The notes under the pieces are model-generated. The model was not told the origin of the DNA. It was given only the letters and a program-made list of their open reading frames with translations, and did not search any database. A DNA stretch of 64,000 bases from Tubulanus polymorphus (Eukaryota; Animalia; Nemertea): NCBI RefSeq assembly GCF_964204645.1, contig NC_134030.1, forward strand, positions 15,004,110-15,068,109. Direction: 5' to 3'. Of this stretch, positions 1 to 13,242 are shown in pieces; position 1 is the stretch's first letter, and every line of letters starts with the position of its first letter. The translations under genes were made by a program, and so were the position numbers.

Positions 1-218
1 AAAGCTTCATTTGTAGGTGGCAAAGAAGCTAACTTTGGCGCTGAAGCCACACTCTGCCCTACTTTGCTTGACCATCCTTTTTATCTTGCTTCTGTCATCG
101 ATTCATAATTGGACTGTCCATAACATTCTAGAACGAATGGTATCGCCTGTGCTACTACCTCAGATAAGCTACTAGTACTACCTAACTTGGACAAGGAGCA
201 CAAACCACTTCTGAGTAC

Positions 219-1439
219 TTATAGCATTACACCTTTGCCAATTCCGAAGTACGGTGCAACGGTATCACAACCACTGAGACAATGAGCTGCCAACAGATCA
301 GGAATAATGGGGCAGTGCTTTTCGATTGTCGCATTTATGTCAATGACTGCCCGTCCATGTATTGGGGAGACCATGAAAACACAGCCAGATATGTCACCAG
401 AGAAATGGAAATGCAACAACATCACAAATATATCCGTGTCATCCGCGATAACAATCGATGTAGCAGCATTCACTGTTGATACTTGTTGCACAATAAGTGT
501 ATCTCCTTCCTCCTGAGTTGTAGTCATATCATTCCGCCGAATAACTGTTCCAGAGTTAATGTGGACTGGTGTCAGATCACTAGCTGTAACTATGAGATTG
601 TTCCCATTGAATTCTCCAGAATGGGCGGCAAGATGTGCAGATATCATGTTGATCAATTGCAATTTGTTGGCTGAGACAGTGAGCATTACTTTCTGTGGTG
701 GAAGTTTTGTAGTGGGAATCAATGTGTAAACTCGACTTGCACCTTGTTCTCTGCCATGACGTGTGGACTCCTTGATGCTACCATCTTGGTATCTGTCAAA
801 TACAAGGTATATATTGCTAGTTTTCAGTTTACTGTGGATGTAAGAACGGAACCGATCTAGGAAGTCTTGTACATTTCCATTGGGCCAAGGTATCACCCAT
901 AGTACTGCACAACCATCGAGGAAGGTGGCATCGATCTCACTGTCTGCGATCCTACTTGAAATCTCAACTTTGGGTGAGTTCTTCAAATTAGATTTTGTCT
1001 TTGGTTCACGCATGTGGCCAGATGCTTCGAACATCGACGCTGGGTATGGTGCTAACTCGTGAGCTAAGATGCTGTTGATGTCAAGGTCACGCGAGCTATA
1101 CTGCAAGCCCATAGCCCTGGCATAAATCATTTCAGGGTCGTACACCTTCACTTCACCGACTTTGATGTGTTTCCGCGAGACTGACATCGTGATCACAGCC
1201 CTTGGAATAGTCTCATGAAAGCTACCAGGCCAACTCTTTTCAAAAGACTGCATTTGTGACTTGCCTAGTGAAACTGCATTGTCGACATTTAATGTTGGAT
1301 GACTGACCAACTTCCCTGATTCGATGTTGACTATACCATCTGATGAGTGTAGATCGGGCTTTAAAGGGTCTTTACATAGCTCCAGCTTTTCCCGAAGTAA
1401 CATTCTGTGATCAACATCAGTCTTTATTCTTGACTTCAT
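219..1439 (-). pseudogene. XPG/FEN1-like (PIN + H3TH) nuclease part of the Academ protein
   Basis: Motifs DGCAVL, VFDRY, EEGDT, DDTDIFV, SGCDTV, GIGK; ends at a premature stop. Confidence 0.6.
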
Positions 1440-1968
1440 TTCCTCTTTGGCAGTTCATCATACTCTCTCATCTGGTTCAACTGGTGAATAATCGCATTGC
1501 ATGTATGTAAACTGTATGCCCATGTTTTGAGCGTATTCGGCTTGAGTGTGATTCCGATTATTCCATTACGACCGTGACCATACCGCATAAATGTGGTCTC
1601 AATGGCCATATCACTCCAGATACCATTGAACAGTCCATCTTTGTGGTGCATTGTGTGCTGTGCCTTCATGGAATACTCCCGTACGTCAGCTGGCATCGAC
1701 TCCATTGAGCGCAAGTAATAGAGCGCATACCTGGCATAGTGAACATGGTTTGCTGCAAAGAACATGGGTACCATCTCCTTAACAACTACAAGATGGAGCG
1801 GCCAATCGGCTTCGTGTTCAGCTCGTATGTATTTCATTATAAGGAAGACTGGCCTAATAAGACAGTCAACCCAGAGTTTGGCCGTTCTGCTCTTTGAAGA
1901 AATGTCATCAAGCACACATTGAAGGTCTGCCATGCCTGTAAGTTCCTGTGATTCAAACAATGGTCGCA
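1436..1968 (-). pseudogene. Academ-type transposase C-terminal fragment (the first ~20 aa of track ORF 1436..2029 are Polinton TIR read-through)
   Basis: HYARY and DMAIET motifs; base composition switches abruptly at 1969. Confidence 0.55.
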
Positions 1969-2530
1969 AGTAATAGGGGTAATGGGCTTTCAAGCCAAAG
2001 GTCGAACGGTCGAGCTCATTAAAAAACAAAACATTAAAAGTAATTTAAAACTATAATATATTTTCATAACCGTGTGCATTTTATATTATAACTAAATATT
2101 TATTCTAAGATATCAATAATTTAAATTTAAAAAGCATATTGTATTAAATCAATTGGTCGCTCCACTTCGCTACCGCTCCGCTACACGACCAATTGATTTA
2201 TTTACAATACACAAATTCATATAATCAAATATACTTTAATAATAATAATTATTCTATTATTCAACTGAAATACACACGGTTATGAAAATATATTATAGTT
2301 TTAAATTACTTTTAATATTTGTTTTTAATGAACTCGACCATTCAACCTTTAACCTGAAAGCCCATTACCCCTATTACTCTTAAAATAATCATATACATGA
2401 ATAACATTTAAATTGACAGATTATTCAATATAAAAGTATATATTTACAACATTATTTTAATATTCATATTTGTGTGAGTTAGATTTTTAAACATTAAAAG
2501 TGTTAGTAAAGTGTGATTGAAATAATGCAT
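1969..2530 (+). repeat. Left terminal inverted repeat of copy A, with a 410-bp imperfect palindrome (1969-2378)
   Basis: Reverse complement of 54264-54717 (which has an internal deletion). Arms AGTAATAGGGGTAATGGGCTTTC...GAAAGCCCATTACCCCTATTACT. Confidence 0.93.
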
Positions 2531-2583
2531 GATATAAATCATTGAACTTCTAAAATCAATTTAAAAAAAAAATTAGTATTAAA

Positions 2584-5500
2584 ATGGAAGCAAATAAGTA
2601 CTACTGTCCAACATGTAATATCAATATAGATAAATCCCAAAAAGCAAGACACAATAAAACTAAAACACATTTAGAGAATAAATTGAAACTAGAATATAAA
2701 GATGATATATTAGAAACTAAATTAGATGAATTAAAGAATGAAAAAGAAACATATAAATGTGATACATGTAATCAATCATTCAGTGATAAAAGATATTATA
2801 AAGAACATTTAAAATCTAAAAGTCATATTATAAATAAGAATAATGATATTTTAGGTGAAGATTATTTCACTTAAGATAATGATAAGAAACAGAAGACAAT
2901 TAAAAGCATAAAAAATAAATTAAACAATAAAAGACCATATATGGAAGATGTAAGAAAATATATTAATTTATTGGATAATAAAAAAGATATAGAGATAACC
3001 GAAGCATTTAAAAGTGATATTGGTCCAGCAGCTATCGAGTTTAAATTTCATAAAGGAAAAACATTAGAAGAAAATAAAAAACATTTAGAAAATATAAAAG
3101 AAATAATAAAAATAATAACTGATGTTGAATATCCTAAAATAAGTATTTCATCAAAAGTTAAATTCATAAAATCTGAAGATAAACCAATATATAATATAAA
3201 TTCTCATTCACAACATATTATATCTAAACAACATATAGATAATAAATTAGATAAATGTTATAATGAAGTAAAAACTAAAATAGAAGAGAAATATTTTGAA
3301 GGATCTGGTTTAATATTTGATGAAATAATATTTATGATTTTACATGTTTATAACACAAAATATAATAAGTTAACTAAATCGAAACCAATTGATGAAAATA
3401 ATTTATCATATTATAAAGACCCAGATATTGAAGCATCGAGTTATATTAAACTACCATTTAAAACTAATGCTGTTATAAATGTACAAAATGAAGATGATAA
3501 ATGTTTTCTATGGGCTATAATAAGTTGTTTACACCCAGTTGAAGATTATAAACAACATAGTTTTAGATTAACTCATTATAAACCATTTGAAAATAATTAT
3601 AAGATAGATAAGTATCCTGTTATAATTAAAAACATCCCAAAATAGAAAGAGATAATAATTTAAGAATGAATGTATTTGATTTAATCAAATTACCAAATAC
3701 AAAAGGTAACAATATAAAACATTATACATTAGAACCTTTATATCTATCAAAAGATTATGATTCAAACGATGTTATAGATATACTATATTATGAGAATCAT
3801 TATATGTGGATTAAACAAATCGATTTATTTTTTAAATCAGAAAGTGATCACCATAAAATATATCTTTGTAGAAAATGTTTACATAGATTCAGTAATGAAA
3901 GTACATTATCAAATCATAAAGAATTATGTGAAAATCATGATTATTGTAAATTAGTTTTACCAAATGAAAAGGATAAAATATTAGAATTAAAAAAATATGA
4001 TTACAAAAATAAAGTACCATTTGTAATATATGGAGATTTTGAATCATTAAATAAAGAACTAACTGATCAAGATAGAAAAGAAATATATTATAAGAGAAAG
4101 AAATTAAATTCTAATGAAAATGATTATTCTGAAGAACCACCAAAAACAAATACTATTAAAAAGATTCATCAATCAGCTGCAGCTTTCGGGTTATATATTA
4201 AATCTGATTATCCAGAACTAATTGAAAGTGAATATTGTCATTATAGAAATGAAAATGTTATCAATCATTTTTGTGACTTATTAATTGAATATGAAATAAG
4301 ATTTAGTAAATTATTGAATACAAATATAGAAATTATAATGACAGAAGAAGATAAAGAAGAATTTGCGTTTGCAGATAAATGTTATTATTGTGAAAAGATA
4401 TTTAATTTTAAAGATAAAAAGTAAGAGACCATGATCATTTGAACGGAAAGTTTAGAGGCGCTGCACATGAGAATTGTAACTTACAAGCTAAGAAAATTAA
4501 TTTTGTACCAGTTATATTTCATAATCTATCAGGATATGATGCACATTTATTCATCAAACAGTTATGCCATAAAATAGAAGAAATTAATAATGAAATAGAA
4601 AGATGAAATTCAAATAGATCAAAAGATAAAATTCCAACTTATAAATTTAGAATGTTAGCTAAAACATCTGAGAATTATATATCATTCCAATTTGGTTGCC
4701 TAAGATTTATAGATTCATATAGATTTTTAAATAGATCATTAGATAACTTATCAAAATCATTAGTTGATGAAGAATTAAAAATATTAAAACAACACTATCC
4801 AAATAATGATGATTTTCAATTAATGAGATATAAAGGAGCAATTCCATATTCATTTTATAAATCACATGATGATTTCAATATAACTGAATTATTAAAAGAA
4901 CAATTTTATGATGAATTAAAAAATGAATATGTTAAAGATGAAGTATATAATAGAACATTGAATATTTGGAATCATTTCAAAATAGAAAATCATGGGCAAT
5001 TAGTAGATTTATATTTAAAATCAGATGTATTATTATTATCGGATATATTCGAAAGGTTTAGAGATGTAAACCTAAAATATTTCAATATTGATCCATGTCA
5101 TTGTTATTCATCACCAGGTTTAACATGGGATTGTGGATTAAAATTTACAGATATAAAAATGGATTTGTTAACAAATATAGATCAATTACTATTATTTGAA
5201 AAATCTATAAGAGGAGGAGTTTCAGGTGTATTAGGTGATAGATATTTCAATGTAAATGATAACCCTGGATATAAGTTATTATATATAGATGCAAATAATT
5301 TGTATGGTTGGGCAATGATGGAACCACAACCTTATGGAGTATTTGAATTAACTGAAGTTTTACAGAATGAAAATAATGATAAATTTGATTGGAAGAAAAG
5401 AATTCTAGATATTGCAGATGATTCAGATACTGGTTACTTCTTTGTTGTAGATTTAGAATATCCTGAAGATAAAAAATTTAAATCTAGAAATCTAGCATAC

Positions 5501-6619
5501 TGTCCCGAACATAAAACCGTTACTCATGAAGAATTATCAAATTATCAAAAAAGAATTAAACCTGAAAATCATATTCATACAGAAAAGTTAATGGTAACTC
5601 AAGAAGATAAATATAATTATGTAGTACATTATAGAATGTTAAAGTTTTATTTGAATCAAGGAATGGTTTTAAAAAAAGTACATAGCTATATTTCATTCAG
5701 TCAATCTAAGTGGTTAGAAAAATATATAGATTTTAACACCAAACAGAGAACTGAAGCTAAAACTGATTTCGAGAAAGATTTCTTCGAGTTAATGAATAAT
5801 GCATTCTATGGTAAGACTTGTGAAAATATTAGAAATAGAAATGATATTGAGTTAGTTAGTAATGGTAAAAGATTTAGACATTTACAAACATATCCTAAAT
5901 TTATAGGTAACAGAATATTTGATGAAAATTTAGCCGCAGTTAAAATGAGAAGAACATCAAAATTTAATAAACCAATCTATGTTGGCGCTTCAGTTTTAGA
6001 ATTATCAAAATTACTAATGTATGAATTCTATTATAATGTATTACAACCACTTTTTGGAGAAAAACATATAGAAATATTATATTTTGATACTGACAGTTAC
6101 ATATTAAAGATAAAAACTGATAACATAACTGATGATTTAAAAACATTAAAACATCATTTTGATTTCAGTAATTATCCTAAAGATCATGAATTGTTTAGCA
6201 ATGATAATAAGAAAGTTCCCGGTAAATTCAAAGATGAATTAGGTGGTGAAGAAATGATTGGATTCATCGGTATAAGATCTAAAATGTGTTCATATAAAAC
6301 TAAAGAACATGAAGCTAAAAAGTTAAAAGGAATAACCAAAAGTGTAGTAGAAAAGAATATTCATTTTTAAGATTACATCAATTGTATATTCAATGAAGAA
6401 GTTAGAAAACATAAGATGAGATGTTTAAGATCTGAAGATCATGAAATGTTTGTTGAAGAAATTGAAAAGATAAGTCTAAACCCATTTGATGATAAAAGCT
6501 ATATTTTAGATGATGGAATTCATACAGTTGCTTATGGTTGCAATTTAGATGAATACTTAAAATTTAAAAGAGAAGAAACAAAAGAGAACGAGATAATGAA
6601 AAGAATTTTAACGTGTTAA
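2584..6619 (+). pseudogene. polB: Protein-primed family B DNA polymerase (copy A), fragmented
   Basis: ExoI YGDFES, YLKSDVLLL, motif A YIDANNLYGWAM, motif B LMNNAFYGK, motif C YFDTDS; split over five track ORFs. Confidence 0.95.
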
Positions 6620-6648
6620 TCAAATTTTAATAAAAATATGTATTATAA

Positions 6649-7006
6649 ATGGAGAGTAAACAAGCACACAGTGAGAACAACACATTATTTCTAGATAGAA
6701 TTAAAGATATAACAAATGTAAAATCTGTAGATTATAAATTCAAAAAGTTAACAGAATTAACAATTCATAAGAAATATCTAATTACAAATATTGATACAGT
6801 TACTAATAACTATGGAGATAAATTAGTTATACACTTAGAATATGAAGGATTAAAAGGAAATATGAATACATAAATTCAGAACATATTTACCAGATAGATT
6901 TCATAGATTATCGAGTGAAGATTTAGAAGAATTATGTTCTGGAGATTTCTATTTCGTATACAAAGGTAAGAATGAGAAAGAGTACCATGAAATAGATTTC
7001 GAATAA
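6649..7006 (+). pseudogene. Small conserved Polinton protein (MESKQ family), frameshifted
   Basis: Homologous to intact 35256..35597. Confidence 0.8.
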
Positions 7007-7023
7007 GAAAATATGTAAAATAA

Positions 7024-7782
7024 ATGGTAGAATTAAAAGAATACAGAATATTTGTTGATTCAAGAAGGCTTACAAATTATAAATCACATAATTTACTAGT
7101 ACAATTAGATAGAGAATTCAAGTATCGTGTAGATTTAAAATTAGTAAATATAAGTTTATGTAATTCTTTTTATAATATATCGGATAAAACTATTGAACAT
7201 AGAGCTTTTTTAATTTTTAATAAAAATAAAAATGAATAGGCCTATATATATTTAAAACCGGGGTTATATAATTTAGATACATTGGCACAAGAAATTAATA
7301 GAAAAGCCTGGCACAAGTCAGGTAATAATTCCGGGTTTAATATTAGATTTTTAAAAAGTGAGAGTAGTGACAAAATAAAGATAAGGTTGTCTAATAGTGA
7401 AAAACATGCATTTATGGTAAAAAAACCTATAGCTAAACTGTTAGGAATTCTTCCAGATAAATCTGTTACAAATATTGATGCTACACCAAACTTAATACCT
7501 TTTACACACTTTTATATCTATTGCAATTTAATCGATCCTACAAAAACATTCAAAGCAACTAAAGATATAACTTGTAATTCTGGTTTACTAAACATTTTAC
7601 CATTGAAGAATGTTAAAGAATTTGGAACGCAAATAAATTATAATTTAACAGAATGTGATTTCAAACCATGCATTCCTCGTTTTAATAATTTTAGATTAGA
7701 AATTAGAAATCATAATGGATACTTAATTGATTTAAATAATTTCCCTGTAATTTATGAATTAGTTATAAGATGTAGAGAGTAA
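7024..7782 (+). pseudogene. Minor capsid (penton-like) protein, in-frame TAG at 7237
   Basis: Homologous to intact 35615..36373. Confidence 0.8.
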
Positions 7783-7799
7783 TTTTTTTCACTATATAA

Positions 7800-8141
7800 A
7801 TGAATATAACTGTTGGACCGAGTATATGTTTTGGGTTTGATTTTAAACATGGAAAAGAAATGAGAATTAAACTAAATGATGTAATTACTGATATAAAAAG
7901 TAAATCATGTAACAATGCATCAATGATTAATAAAGAAAATTATAATATAGAAAAAGTAATTGATTTAATTAAATCACCATTAGAATATTATGAATTAAAT
8001 GAAGATGGAATTATTGATGATATTAAAAACATATTAACAAAAATATATGATAATCATAAAAGTAGTAATGAAATAAATGTTGAATTAATCATAAATAAGT
8101 TAACTAAATATTTTGATGATAGTAATTTTTTTGATAAATAA
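7800..8141 (+). CDS. Uncharacterised 113-aa Polinton protein (MNITVG), the only intact copy
   Basis: Conserved in all three copies; T-run + TAAATG start. Confidence 0.75.
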   Translation: MNITVGPSICFGFDFKHGKEMRIKLNDVITDIKSKSCNNASMINKENYNIEKVIDLIKSPLEYYELNEDGIIDDIKNILTKIYDNHKSSNEINVELIINKLTKYFDDSNFFDK

Positions 8142-8363
8142 ATGAGTGATAATGAGTGGGTAATAACTGGATTATATAATGGCGCATTACTATCAGTTGG
8201 AACTGTTGGTTATTGAATGGTATTAAAAAAAGTATTCAAAATGGGAAGTGTTTATGTTGATAGATTTGATATAAATGATATTTTAAAATTAACATTAGCA
8301 GTTACTTTATCTAATTTAACTATTGATTATTTGGAAAAACAAAAATATATTCCTCCCGTATAA
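8142..8363 (+). pseudogene. Small hydrophobic protein (MSDN), premature stop
   Basis: Homologous to 18767..18988 and 36661..36882. Confidence 0.75.
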
Positions 8364-8387
8364 ATGCATAATTATCTTACTAAATAA

Positions 8388-8810
8388 ATGGCTTCTGCAA
8401 TAATAACTATTATAGGATCGGCAATTGTTAACGCTTTAGCATTTACTGGTGGTGGTTATTTATTCAAGCATATTGATAAAAACGGTTCATTATCAGAACA
8501 AAAAAGACATAACTTAGCGTTAGAAAAATATAATAAAGCTGCAGAAGAATATAGAGAAAAACGACAAAACTATATGGATTATATTAACAAAGAATTATAT
8601 GATCAGAAGATTTCACACAGAGATTTGCAATCAGTTGATGATGCAATGAGTTTATATAACGCGGTAACCAATAAAGAAAAATTACATCTATACAAACCTA
8701 AATTATCAGATTATTATACCCCGAGTAAAGAACAACAGAAATATGAAATAATATGGATTTTAGGCGGAACTGTTATTGTTATATTTGTTGCTTATAAGTT
8801 TACTAATTAG
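8388..8810 (+). CDS. 140-aa predicted membrane protein (MASAII)
   Basis: Hydrophobic N-terminus, coiled-coil-like middle, C-terminal TM; intact in all three copies. Confidence 0.85.
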   Translation: MASAIITIIGSAIVNALAFTGGGYLFKHIDKNGSLSEQKRHNLALEKYNKAAEEYREKRQNYMDYINKELYDQKISHRDLQSVDDAMSLYNAVTNKEKLHLYKPKLSDYYTPSKEQQKYEIIWILGGTVIVIFVAYKFTN

Positions 8811-8830
8811 TAATTTTTTTTGCTAAATAA

Positions 8831-9256
8831 ATGGAAGATAAAGTTGATAATATTGATATTATTCCTCATGTTATAAATAAAACTAAATTAAAAACATATT
8901 TAGAAAAACAAATATTAGAATTTGAAAGATAAAAAAAGAAAAAATATTTAAAAAGTAAAATTATATATCATTTGATTATAAGTGGTTCGGTTACAATTAG
9001 TTCTGTAATAACATTTCTAGCAATATTCAGTCCATTAACACCTTTAGCTATATCAATTGGCGTATTAGGATTAAGTTCCAGTGTGTTAACTGGTATAAGT
9101 TCAAAATTAAATATAAAAAGTAATAAAGAAAAAATTAAAACTAATATAAAAGAAATTAATAAATAAAAGAATACACTAGATTATATAATAAGTTTAAATG
9201 GTCATATAACAGTTGAAGAACAAGATAAATTATTAAAAGAATGAGTTAATTATTAA
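8831..9256 (+). pseudogene. Two-TM membrane protein (MEDKVD), disrupted
   Basis: TAAATG start at 8831; hydrophobic hairpin IISGSVTISSVITFLAIFSPLTPLAISIGVLG. Confidence 0.7.
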
Positions 9257-9272
9257 TTTTTTAATTATATAA

Positions 9273-10579
9273 ATGGGGTTTCCAAAAGCTTTCCAATATA
9301 ATAAATCAATTAAATATAATATTCCTGCAATAGATTTTAAGAAAAATATTACATATAGAAATGTAGTTTCAAATTCATTAACTAATTTAGAAATTTATGT
9401 TACTGAATCACAGTTTTTTATTTCTAAAATGGAAAATATATTTAATACATTGAAGTTACTTTTACTCGAGATGAATACCATATATATAAAGTAAAATCTT
9501 ATATGAAATATTGGCAGAATCAATTAAATTTTGCTGTTTATTGTGCAACAACAGGATGTGGAATAAGTTGGAATGATCATTTAAATAACTTAGATAAAAA
9601 TTGGAAGTATTCTGATTTAAAATTAAGTCGCACAATATTTTATTTAGATTTCACACATATTTTCAAATCAGAATAATATTAAATGAATTAGAATATCCTT
9701 AACCCGGGTCTAAATATTTTAAAGAATTGGATAATAATATTAATCTATCTAAGTTTTATAAAATATGTAATGAATTTAATATAAATATTAATTCCGATTT
9801 CAGAGCGCATGGTAAATTGCAAGGTGTTGTTGAAGAGTATGAAATAAAAAGAATTGATTATATGCATAGAATTGGAGCTTATCATAATTATAAAATTGAT
9901 AATAATAATGGTTGGGTTAATTTCATTTTAGAAAATGGTGAAGGTTTTACAAAATCAGGTATACAAAGAATAAATCGATCAATTAGAACTTATTTGATAT
10001 GTATTTTAGGTGCGCAAGTTGAAACAAAATCCCCAATAATTGGAAATGATAACACTTCATTCGATGCGCAGAAACAATTCAAAGTATTATTTGAAGATTC
10101 AATTCATAATGATAAAAATAGATCGATTCCAGAAAAACATTGTAAGATATCAAAATTATTTAGATAAATCACATATTATATTAAATTATTGTATAGGCCC
10201 TAATCTATTTATTATTTCTAATGATTTAGTATTAAAGATGGGAAATATAATTGGTTATAATAATCTAATTAAAACTGCAACGATAAATAATTCATTTGGA
10301 TTGAATGATATAAATAAAAACATTATTACTGCTCCAAAATTAATGGAAGGTGAAAAAAATAAAAAACATATTCAATCAACAGAAACTAAAACTAAGAATA
10401 TTAAATTAAATAATGATTCTAAAATAAAAGATTACAATACATCAGAAAATATAAAAACTGATAATATTCAACATGATATAATTAAACTAAATGATGATAA
10501 TAAATCCCATGAAAATACTAAATTAGCTTTAACTTGTATAGGAATTGTTATAGGGGGAATATTATATTTTAAATTTTAA
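9273..10579 (+). pseudogene. C-terminally anchored protein (MGFPK family), frameshifted
   Basis: Homologous to intact 37800..39101. Confidence 0.8.
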
Positions 10580-10594
10580 TTTTTTATTATGTAA

Positions 10595-11959
10595 ATGGCA
10601 GAAGGTGGAGAAGATATTCCATTGGATGGCATGGGAACTAATAATGAAGGATATATTGATGATGATTATAATGATGCAGGTGCTAATCTTAATGAAACTA
10701 ATATTAATGATGGTAATGAATCAGCATATAATTCTAATTTAGCAGATAGTGGTTCTAAAGGCCCATCAACAGATGAATTTGATAGAAGAACTAGATCGAG
10801 AATAAATCCTGAAAATGATAGAGGTGCTAGATATTTAGTAAGAGAATTAAAATCATTAGATGGTGAATATTATTATCATTTGAAAGATGATTATTATATT
10901 GATATCTCTTTTAAAAAACAAAACAAAATGTTAGCAGAATCAACTTTGCCTAAGTTAGACCTATCTAGAATTAAAAGAATAAGAAATAGTAATGAAATAG
11001 ACGATGTAACACAAGAAGAAATTATTAAAAATGAAAGAGTATTTAAACAAAGAATTAATGAATTTTTTGAAACAATCGATAATAATTTAGAAACAGAAAC
11101 AACTTCTGAAAACTAGTAAACCTAATTCAAAAGGAGTTCCAATTGAAAAACTTTTACCGAATGGATTACTTGATGCAACATATCAACAATTAGAAGATTT
11201 AAATAATATACTTTCTGATAAAGCAATAAGAGAAATTATTAGTATAAGAAATGAAGCTGATAAAATTGCGCATGATAAAAGTATAAGAGATTTAAAAATT
11301 AGAACTTTAGAAAAAGAATTAACTGATAAAAATAAAGAAATAGAACAATTAAAATTAGATAGAGATAATAAAGTTATTGAAGAAATCGAATTTAAAAAAA
11401 GAAATGCGTATTTAGAAAAAGAAATAGATGATTTAGAATATAAAATAGAATTACAAAAAGAAGAAATTAAATTATTGTTAAAATCATATGATTATAATAT
11501 AAATAGATTAAAAGTTATTTTTAAAGATTTGTTGATTAAACCAGATTCTAAAATATCATTGAAAGATAGAATAAAATTATTAGTAAAATTATTAAGTTAG
11601 AAGGAATAACAATTCTTTCAATTCTAACAGCTGTAACTATGTTATTTACATTAATTGGTTTAGCAATATCAAATGCTTTGAAATCTACTCCTACTCCAAA
11701 TAAACCAGATAAACTCCCAGATGATAATTCTATACAAGATAAAGTTAAAGATGGTTTAAAGAAATTAGCAAAATATTTATGGGAACTATCTAAAAAATCT
11801 GCTGCAGCTTTACCCGGAGTTATTGCGTCAATTGTTGGTTTTATATTGAAATCTGCTGGGAATATTCTTAACTTTGCTGCTGAACATATTATTTTATTTT
11901 TAATTACAGTTGTAAGTGCAATTAATTTTGGGTTAGTAAACATGATAAAAAATAAATAA
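10595..11959 (+). pseudogene. Acidic/coiled-coil protein with C-terminal hydrophobic helices, disrupted
   Basis: C-terminal part nearly identical to that of 39118..40833. Confidence 0.8.
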
Positions 11960-11979
11960 TTAATTTTTTTGTTAAATAA

Positions 11980-13242
11980 ATGAGTGGGAGTTATATTAAT
12001 CCTTCTAAGAATCATAGAATATCTAATGCTATTAAAGCAGAAAGATCACATCATATAATTACTCATAACCCTTCTTATATTAATCCCGATGAAACTTTAT
12101 ATGTTAGAATTCCTAGATTAACACAAAATACTTTTTACGTTCCAAATAGTATTTATTTATCAGCCGATATAAAAGTACTCGGTAATAATAATAATTATGT
12201 TGTTGATAATGTTGGAAGATATTTGATTAAAAAATTAACCATAAAGATCGGTCCAGAAACAGTTTTCTCATTAGATGATTATAATTTATTTATGCATTAT
12301 AAAGATTTATGGTTAACTAAAGAAAATAGAAATAATATGATATTTCAAGGCATCCAATCAGAAAACCAAAATAAATTAAGATCAGAAGCTAATAGCGCAA
12401 TATTAACTAATGCTGTAGATAAATTGATAAAAAGTATATATGGAATCAAATATAAAATTCCATTAGACTTTGAATTGATAAATAATAATGCACCTTTATA
12501 TAAATACGCAATTCAAGGAGACGTTATATTCGAAATAACATTTGCTCCTGTAAATGAAATTGTAATATCTAGCGTTAATAAAGATATGAGTTATAAATTA
12601 TCGAATATATGTTTAGAATATGACACAGTAACTGATGAAAATATTTCAAGTATAATTCAAACTCAATACAATCAAGGATTTTCATTATTATATGATTATA
12701 TTGATAAATTTAAAACTGTAACTATTAATGCAAATGATGAAATTATTAATGAGAATATTAACTTCCCAAGAAGATCTATTAAAGGTATATTAATATTTTT
12801 TACCATTGCAACATATACTAATGGCGCAATAAATGTTGATAATTATTATAATCCTGAAATAACAAAAGTAGAAATAACTATCGAAGGAATAGCAAATAAA
12901 ATATTTTGTCAAGGAATGAGAATGATAGATCAATGGCCAGAAATTATAAAACATTTTATGAATGAAAAAGTAAAATCATCTGAAAATTGTAATATTAATC
13001 AAATTGATTATTATACCGGTAATAAATATGCATTATGGTTAGATTTTAGAACAACAGAGGATAATTCATTACATGGTCCTGGAAAAAAACTACAGAACAC
13101 TAAAGATGGAATACAATTATTCATGACAAAGAATAAAGGAATCAAAAATTTTAAAATGCACATTTATATTATATCTGACGCGCAATTAAATATTGTAAAT
13201 TCATCGATACACATGAAAATAATGATGGTTTATATTATGTAA
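11980..13242 (+). CDS. Major capsid protein (double jelly-roll, predicted), copy A; last residues replaced by junction sequence
   Basis: 420 aa, beta-rich, highly conserved in all three copies; size and context fit a Polinton MCP. Confidence 0.75.
   Translation: MSGSYINPSKNHRISNAIKAERSHHIITHNPSYINPDETLYVRIPRLTQNTFYVPNSIYLSADIKVLGNNNNYVVDNVGRYLIKKLTIKIGPETVFSLDDYNLFMHYKDLWLTKENRNNMIFQGIQSENQNKLRSEANSAILTNAVDKLIKSIYGIKYKIPLDFELINNNAPLYKYAIQGDVIFEITFAPVNEIVISSVNKDMSYKLSNICLEYDTVTDENISSIIQTQYNQGFSLLYDYIDKFKTVTINANDEIINENINFPRRSIKGILIFFTIATYTNGAINVDNYYNPEITKVEITIEGIANKIFCQGMRMIDQWPEIIKHFMNEKVKSSENCNINQIDYYTGNKYALWLDFRTTEDNSLHGPGKKLQNTKDGIQLFMTKNKGIKNFKMHIYIISDAQLNIVNSSIHMKIMMVYIM

Larger units (their letters stand above)
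1..1968 (-). mobile_element. Academ (AcademX)-like DNA transposon remnant, cut at 1968 by the Polinton terminus
   Basis: ORF 1436..~1968 has NHVHYARY and WSDMAIETTFM motifs. ORF 219..1439 has XPG/FEN1-like motifs (FLDG, LVFD, QEEGDT, DDTDIF, LSGCDT..GIGK). The frame continues past the stop at 219 to LPPTNEAF. A transposase plus XPG domain is the AcademX architecture. Confidence 0.6.

Noticed and set aside
2584-6619. Programmed frameshifting or multi-gene polymerase
   Set aside because: Breaks fall at different positions in the three copies, so they reflect decay; those in homopolymer runs could also be assembly errors.
11548-12015. Antisense ORFs over the coiled-coil membrane gene (also 28522..29037, 40365..40838) and other short antisense ORFs in polB and BEL pol
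   Set aside because: Shadows of conserved sense-strand genes; no TAAATG start or domain signal of their own.
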